Source of the DNA: Mayamaea pseudoterrestris
Lineage: Eukaryota
Length of the DNA: 64,000 bases
NCBI GenBank assembly: GCA_027923505.1
Contig: BROI01000020.1
Span: 372,001-436,000 of the forward strand
Direction: 5' to 3'
Below, in pieces: positions 57,326-64,000 of the stretch. The notes beneath the pieces are model-generated. The model ran no database searches, was not told the origin of the DNA, and saw only the letters and a list, made by a program, of their open reading frames with translations. Position 1 is the stretch's first letter. The number at the start of each line of letters is the position of its first letter. A program made the position numbers and the translations under genes.

Positions 57326-59666
57326 GATAAATGATACCTTTGAGTTCTTGAGGCAACGGCCATCGCTTTGCCGACTGGTTCAGAGTTGTGGGTCAGAATT
57401 CACACGAGACTGACAATGTCCAGGCGCGCGCCAGAGTCCTGTCTGGATCATGGCGGACTCGTTTATGAGCAATGCGTGCGCATGACGGTCGCGGTTTGTG
57501 GACTAAGCAGCAAGTGTAGATAGCAGTAATGCGGCGACGCATTTGATAACATTATTAATTTGTAAAACTACCCAATGTATGCTTGTATGATATGCGTAGC
57601 TCAAGCTTTGCTTATCTTAGCAGCATCACAAGGTGCCTGCGCCGTTCACTGAAAAAATGAATGGGTACGCTGGGTAAAAACATTCCCTAAGCGATGTTAA
57701 CCCTCCTTGTGGAATGTGCTGGGCATAGTAGGCTGGCATCGGCAGCCGTAGTAGGTGACTGATTTCATCTAAACTGCGCAACCTTACTGGGCAGGAAGAG
57801 GCGCATTCGGCAAACAATACGTTGTCGCCATACCAAATCCAAATAGCTGTAGTTAAACCACTCTAGATTGTCTCCCGGCATAACCAAGGCACATGCGAAG
57901 TAACATGTTATGTACGAAACAAACGTTATATAGGGTGTCGCGTAGCGCCGACGATCTACGTAGTTCATCGTAATGTCACTTGATTGGAAACGGGCGTGTC
58001 TAATTAAAAATAAGGCAACCATTCTCCAAAGGATAGAAACTGCCTTACCACCTAAAGATACCATAGCTCTTCGGCAGCTCCTCGGCCGGATGTAGCTATC
58101 TCCATAGCGAGTCGCAGGATCGTTTGGTAACGTCGTGAGCACGAACTTTCGCTCGAATTCCGTCGTGACGATGTGCTCATCCATTATCCGAACTTTACAG
58201 AAGCGTATCTCAACCAACCATTCGGAAAGAATGTATATCACTGCATCGTGGAAGGCAAGCATTCCATAAGTATTTCGGATGCCGTGACGTCATACTTGCT
58301 GCCTTTCTTACTCATTAAAACTATTGATGTTTACTCCGATGCTCTTTTCTATTCCAAGTGTGACTCATGACGACATGGCATATAAAAATATAGTTTTCTG
58401 CCGAATTATCTGCTGTTCACGTGTCTTCTTCGGAACGCGACTTACAGAAAAGAACTGTCACTCTACCGTTTTGCGCGTCGACCTACGATGGGGACCCAGA
58501 AGGCCCAACCAACCTCCCGCCGTTTGCACATGGACACGCTCCACTGTGAGCTGGACTGTAGTGTCACTTGGAGCGTTCGAAGTGTTCCAAGTTGACCTTC
58601 CACTTCACTTGCTCGTCCGGCTCACATTTCCACCAACTTCTCTTAATTCCCGATTCTCGGCAAACTCCGCAAACATTCAAGCACCATGTACAAGGACCTT
58701 CAAGAACCAGCATCAACACCAAACTCTCAGTTGTCATCTCGTCTACATCGGCAGCAACATCCCTTGGAACTTGCCATGCCGCAACTCGATGCGTTGATGC
58801 TATTGCATCCGCTACTGCGTCCGCACGAATCGATTCACCCCCTGCCGCAACGCCAAGCCAAGACACCCAAGGAGCTTCGGCGCATGATTATCGACACGAT
58901 CGACTTTGTCCTCGAGGTTTGCGCCGACGGCTTGGACGACGAGTGTTGATTTTACAAATCAAATCGCTAGCTATGTAATGAACGGCAGGCTCCAAGCTTG
59001 TCGCTACAGCCCCTCGAGGCAATGCCTTTTTCAGTGTATTGACAATCATTTTTCTCCTACAATTCGGTATTCTTGTGAAACGCTTTGGCAAAGGAGACTA
59101 TATAACATTCATAATCACCATTTCCAATTAATCTTTTGCGTAGGTAGTGCTGGCTTATGTCATCTGTCCAATCACGAGTCACGAGGTTATACTCGCTGCA
59201 ACCATCCTTCCCTGCACATCGCTCAATCTACTGCATTCAGACATGCAGTATGCATACTACAGCATTCATACATTCAAGCTGCTATTCGCGACGTGTCGTT
59301 CCAGGTTTTTTAGCTGAATGCGGCGTAAAACCGAAAGCTACATGTGCACAACATTATTGCAAGGTCATTTGAGCGCCTTGGTCGACTTGATTGCTACTAC
59401 CAAGGATTGATCAATAATGTTTCTATAACTTGCTGTAATTGCTTCGCATCGTTACGTAGCTTGACGTGTGATCAGCCGCGAGAGTCTTCTCGCCGTCGGC
59501 TGCGCCGTGGACGCGACAGCTGCAAGAATGGTTTGTGAATCGCCAACGACAAACTCCAAGCATTACGGTAGACTCACAAATCGATCCGTTTTGGCGTGCC
59601 TTTTGGTGGCATCCTATCTATTGCTGCACTAGCTCATGCAGCTTTTACCAATTCCTCGTTGGGTGC

Positions 59667-60473
59667 CTATGATGATTGAAAGAGTAGCTTCCATACTTCT
59701 TGTTGAAGGGCATCAACATCTGCCTCGTCGTCCTTTCTTTGTAAGTTGTACAATCTGGTTGCATCCGATTGACTCCAACATGCCTTTGAAAAGACAAAGG
59801 TTGCATTCGAACGCATGGCTCTGTCAATATCCGTTTGTTTTGAGCTCTTGATCAAGCCAGTTTCTCGGATATCTGGCTTGCTTACCAACCAATCCGGAAC
59901 TCGCCAGTCCAGTCCATGGGGTGTTGCTGATTGAATGGCTTGAACTTTACTCGGTCGTCTCGAATGGATGAACAAGAGGCGCTGCATGCGCGCAGCAAGG
60001 AGGAGAGAGGCCGGTAGGCTGCAGTCACTGTCGCCGCCGCTGCATTTATCGTCGCAGCGCTGAATCAAGTATTTCTGTTCCTTCCAGTTCGACTCGTTTA
60101 ATAGTAATCGTCGCTCTTGATGCCATGTTGTGTAATTCTTGAGCCAGCTGGGAAGAATCTTGGAAGAATGATAGTCAAACGCTTCCTCGCTGGAACGTTT
60201 GCGCTTGCGTTGCGATGGTTTCGACGACATGCTCTTGTGCGAATTCAGGTCCCTCTGCTCACGACGCCGCAAGTCTGAAGCAATGAACGCTTCTTCAAAG
60301 TGCTGCCGACTGCTGTTGCGCGGTCCATTGGCAAACGCCAGTTGTCCAATCTGCTGCATTCCTTCGCGCACAAACATTTTAATTTGCTGCGTCAATGAAA
60401 CACCGCCGTAGAACAAGTAGATAAGTCTCCAGCGAGAGACTCGCGCCATGTTTAGCAGCCTGGCAATGTTCAT
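59667..60473 (-). pseudogene. Truncated member of a putative glycosyltransferase-like family
   Basis: LPSWLKNYTTWH...KYLIQRC...CSGG...RLLFIH...GLDWRVPDWL; early stop suggests decay. Function is a weak inference. Confidence 0.45.
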
Positions 60474-60950
60474 GATTGTTTCTCTAAGCGTCGCGATTAA
60501 GTGAATTTGGAACAGTTTCCGCGGTTTAATGAATGAACGGATGATGACGGTGTTTCGAAAATTTGGAAAAATCGGCGAGCATGAGTGAGTACCGGAGTGA
60601 CAATATGCGACTTCCGCGCTCGAACGGAAACATAGCGCGCCATTTGGAAAGTCAAGCATATATTATATATTATGGCGGCGACTACGAAATCATGTCCAAA
60701 CTACTTCTAGTATTGTACAAGTTACGTATGTGAGGCGCACTGACTAATTAAGCAATGTTGGTTGTTCGGCTACATCAGCAGTCGAGTTGAGCAGAGCCAA
60801 CCTCCTTTGCGTCTTGTGCGCATGAATGACATTACCTACAAGTACTGTACTAGGCCTATATGTAAATAATCTGCTTACAATAATAGATTATCTTGATGTT
60901 TCACGTATAAAATGTATAGAATCAGGTTCCTGCGCTTAACAAATAAAATG

Positions 60951-61835
60951 TCAATCGTCTCGCTTCTGCTTGCTCGTCGCATACACTTCATCATTGTCAT
61001 GACTCATAAACATGGCCGCCGCTGCCGCATCATCATTATCACCATTCACCAAAGTATCCTTTTTGTTCACTGCTGCACATACGTCATCATCAATGCCGAC
61101 GGTGCGGTTAATGCCAAAGATGCGCACGCCCACCATGGCGGGGAGCTTGGCCACGAGCGCCACCACCCAACTCACGACATTCACCACGCATGCCACCGCA
61201 TTATACTGACACTGCACGCATGCCGCATAAGTGAGCAGCGTCGGCACGAGCAGTAGCCACGACTGCAGCGTGCGGCGGTGGTTGGAATTGCTGCTCATGG
61301 TATTGGCATTGTTTAAATTCACTCCTTGCTGCTCCTGCTGCCCCGCCAAAAGCAACTGCTCCCACAGCGTCCAACCCGCCTGCGATCCGGTATCGTCAAA
61401 GGGCTGGCCCTTGATCCAGTGCAGCGACAGAATTGTGAGTAGTGTATGCAATACGTTGGTCAGCGTCGTGCTGTAGATTGGTCCCACTAATGCAACGGCT
61501 AGTAGTTGCAGCAAACCAACGGCTGTCAAGTACACCAAGCACCAGCCGAGCGTATTGTTGTTGGTACTGAGCGTGCTGCTGGGAAAGCCGGGCGTGTACA
61601 TGTTGGGCATACTGTCGCTGCTACTATTCATGTTCATCATGCTGGCTGGACTTTGGATGTCGCGCGAGTTGAGGCGGCGGCGCGGCGTGCCGTCCTTGCT
61701 GTTCAAGCGCGTCCGGCGAATTGGAGTCGTTGCTGCAGCAGTCGATGGTTTATAAGTAGCTGGCTGTGTCGAGCGAAAAGTCATGGTGGAAGATGTTGGA
61801 CCGGCTGCTGAAAATAAGTGTCGAAGCTGGGGCAT
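60951..61835 (-). CDS. ORMDL: ORMDL/Orm1 family sphingolipid biosynthesis regulator
   Basis: TLTNVLH, LHWIKGQPF, TLWEQL, LLVPTLL, KLPAMVGVRIFGIN. Confidence 0.92.
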   Translation of the reverse strand: MPQLRHLFSAAGPTSSTMTFRSTQPATYKPSTAAATTPIRRTRLNSKDGTPRRRLNSRDIQSPASMMNMNSSSDSMPNMYTPGFPSSTLSTNNNTLGWCLVYLTAVGLLQLLAVALVGPIYSTTLTNVLHTLLTILSLHWIKGQPFDDTGSQAGWTLWEQLLLAGQQEQQGVNLNNANTMSSNSNHRRTLQSWLLLVPTLLTYAACVQCQYNAVACVVNVVSWVVALVAKLPAMVGVRIFGINRTVGIDDDVCAAVNKKDTLVNGDNDDAAAAAMFMSHDNDEVYATSKQKRDD

Positions 61836-62253
61836 GCTCGGTCGTTTTGCCGCTGTCGTTTGATTGATTTCCTTGCGAGTAAACAGTTAAGGTGCGAATT
61901 GGTAGTAGAGACGGCAAGTACTTGTAGTATATTCAGTATACGCAAAAGCCTTGACCGGATCTCTCTCGATGGCAGTCGGAGGGTCGTGGAACGGCGCAGC
62001 AGCTGTCATGGTGGCGACGCGCGCGTCCACGCGGCGTATGAGTAACAATCCGACACAATCACGTTTTACAGTTAGGAGAAGCCGAAGGACTTCGGTCGAA
62101 CGAGCAACCCGGAAAGAGCATCTCGTCAGAACCCCAACGAGCCAGCGCAGCCACAATTCCAAAGACGCACTCGCCTCACAAAATTCAATCGTCCGGGCCT
62201 CGAAGCCGACCAGCATCCAAACATTATATACAAACACACGTACAAACAAACAC

Positions 62254-62961
62254 ATGACCATGAAGACGACTACCAGTACTCGCTACAGTTCCAAAAAGCT
62301 CCTGCTGCTACTGGGATTGTCGTCATCTCAATTCAGTGCATTGGCCTTTCAGCAATCACTCGTTCCATCATTTGGTAGAAATGCTCGACAAACGTCTACC
62401 AGAGTTTGGGGGCGGTCGCAGAGTCACGTCAAAGAATCGACGGCTCTCCAAGAACCCGAGACACTGACAAGAAAAGCAAGTTCATTAACAAAGTACGACC
62501 TTGGACTCGGCAAGAATCAACCACTTTTTGCTGCTGCCACGTACAAGAAATCGGATGTACCAATATATCCAACTAACGATAGCAATGCTACTGCTACAAC
62601 AATAGAAGTGCCATCCGAAAATGACATTCATCAAGCGGTTGAATTCTTGGTCGACCATCAAGGCGCCATGGCCTATCCGTCGCCAAGCATGGTCATGGAG
62701 CATCGCGAGCGGCTCTTGCAAGCGGCGGCGGCTGTGTCAACTACGACAACTACAGATACACAACAAAAGCAGCAACAACCACTGCCACGCGTTTCGTTTG
62801 CAAAATCGCGCGTATCGCTGCCGATTGTATCGAGCGATAGCGACAGTCACTACGTGGTGGACAAGGCGTCGACGAGCGACTTGGATCTAAACACGGCCTG
62901 GGTGGAGCTGCTCATGCTCGAGCAGCAAAAACTCTTGGCGGCAACGGCGGCGGCGCATTAA
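62254..62961 (+). CDS. Hypothetical protein with bipartite presequence
   Basis: LLLLLGL...ALA-F signal; C-terminal DLNTAWVELLM motif. Confidence 0.7.
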   Translation: MTMKTTTSTRYSSKKLLLLLGLSSSQFSALAFQQSLVPSFGRNARQTSTRVWGRSQSHVKESTALQEPETLTRKASSLTKYDLGLGKNQPLFAAATYKKSDVPIYPTNDSNATATTIEVPSENDIHQAVEFLVDHQGAMAYPSPSMVMEHRERLLQAAAAVSTTTTTDTQQKQQQPLPRVSFAKSRVSLPIVSSDSDSHYVVDKASTSDLDLNTAWVELLMLEQQKLLAATAAAH

Positions 62962-63224
62962 GTGTGACTGCAGTTGCTAGTGAGAGATTGACTTGCAAGT
63001 CGCTAAGAAAAGGAACTCGAGACAAATCTGTTGGAACGAAGCGGCTTGTCTGCCATTGACGTGTTCCGCTTCAGTTCACAAAATGCTATGGTTAACGCGA
63101 TATTATGTATAGCATTAGCTTTTTAAATAAATTCTTTTATTTTCTCAAGTATTACTGTAGTTGTCAAGCAAATGACATGAGAATGTCATTTCCCTCTCAT
63201 GCATGACTCTCACTTCACACATAT

Positions 63225-63899
63225 TCACTCGCTCCGCCGATTCTTCGAATCCAGCTTGGCCATTTGCTGGTCCTGCATCCGTCGAATGTCGCGCATGCGT
63301 TCACCGTCCGTCTTGCGAGCGTCCAAGTATTCGCGCAGTGACTGCATGTTTTCCGCCTTGGTCAATGCTTGCTCCACGAAGGCGTCCACGTCAATGCGGG
63401 GTTTGGAGGTAACTGATGATGATGATTGTTGTCGCATCTTGCTGCTGCTACTAGTATTCATTCCAGAATCGTCTTCGTCTTGATTATTACTACCATCATC
63501 TCTATTGTCTTTCTCGTCCACCTTACGCTGCACTATACTCAAGACGCCATTGGCGGCCGGCGACCCAAGCACAATGTCCAGCAGCACCATGCCACTGACG
63601 ACCAACGGAACGTACTGGCGCCACCCGGATGCCGCATCATTTGTTACGGCAACAAGTAGTGATGATAGTAACGAGTCGTCGAAGCTGCTACTGTAGAGGC
63701 GTGTCGATGATGATGAATACAAATGTCGAGGCGGCAGCCTCGTTGTGCGAGTGGAACACGATTGGAGACGAATTTTCAATATATGACTTCCATTAAGAGG
63801 TTGAACGCTTGTCCATGCGAGTGACATGGACGCCAACGCGAGCCAGCAAAGGAGGACAAGAGCTATTGGTGTTATCCTCGTCATGCTGCTTTTGCTCAT
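63225..63899 (-). CDS. Hypothetical membrane protein, probably plastid-targeted
   Basis: Signal ending SLA-W, Ser/Arg transit region, TM WRQYVPLVVSGMVLLDIVLGSP, C-terminal coiled coil. Confidence 0.75.
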   Translation of the reverse strand: MSKSSMTRITPIALVLLCWLALASMSLAWTSVQPLNGSHILKIRLQSCSTRTTRLPPRHLYSSSSTRLYSSSFDDSLLSSLLVAVTNDAASGWRQYVPLVVSGMVLLDIVLGSPAANGVLSIVQRKVDEKDNRDDGSNNQDEDDSGMNTSSSSKMRQQSSSSVTSKPRIDVDAFVEQALTKAENMQSLREYLDARKTDGERMRDIRRMQDQQMAKLDSKNRRSE

Positions 63900-64000
63900 G
63901 GAGAAGAATGGCATGCATGTTGTCATGGCGCGGTTGCGTGACGTCATCAAGCGCGGCCGCCGCGGCCGTGACGTCACATGCTGTCGAAGAGGTGAGGCTC

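Noticed and set aside
57600..59600. Short ORFs in a 2-kb interval
   Set aside because: No motifs, codon bias or splice support that I can identify.

Overview
Eukaryotic DNA, most likely a pennate diatom, judged from CoDi-type Copia elements, ASAF-type bipartite plastid presequences and compact GT-AG intron genes. Three zones are visible. (1) 1-9867: a very young Ty1/Copia element (A) in a self-nested or tandem array, with three identical 270-bp LTRs and a perfect 3344-bp duplication. (2) About 13.7-40 kb: a CpG-eroded repeat island. An old minus-strand Copia (B, 20020-36347) sits in a ~170-220-bp satellite and itself carries a younger Copia (C, 20690-27253) and a 5'-truncated RNase H-bearing LINE; further Copia relics follow. 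(3) 40-64 kb: gene-dense host DNA with a P-loop NTPase/nuclease-like gene, RPLP1, cofilin, a DEAD-box helicase, a VTT/DedA protein, a C69 peptidase, ORMDL and several plastid-targeted unknowns. The main leads are: apparent priming of B and C from a tRNA-Asn anticodon-arm fragment; integrase-precise junctions without TSDs (self-targeting or autointegration circles); a chromodomain-like module in the B and C integrases; a shared INT/RT frame break plus an HTDD RT motif in A; and a Crinkler-like NTPase-nuclease gene with a targeting presequence. All alignments were done by eye, and some frameshifts are probably long-read errors.
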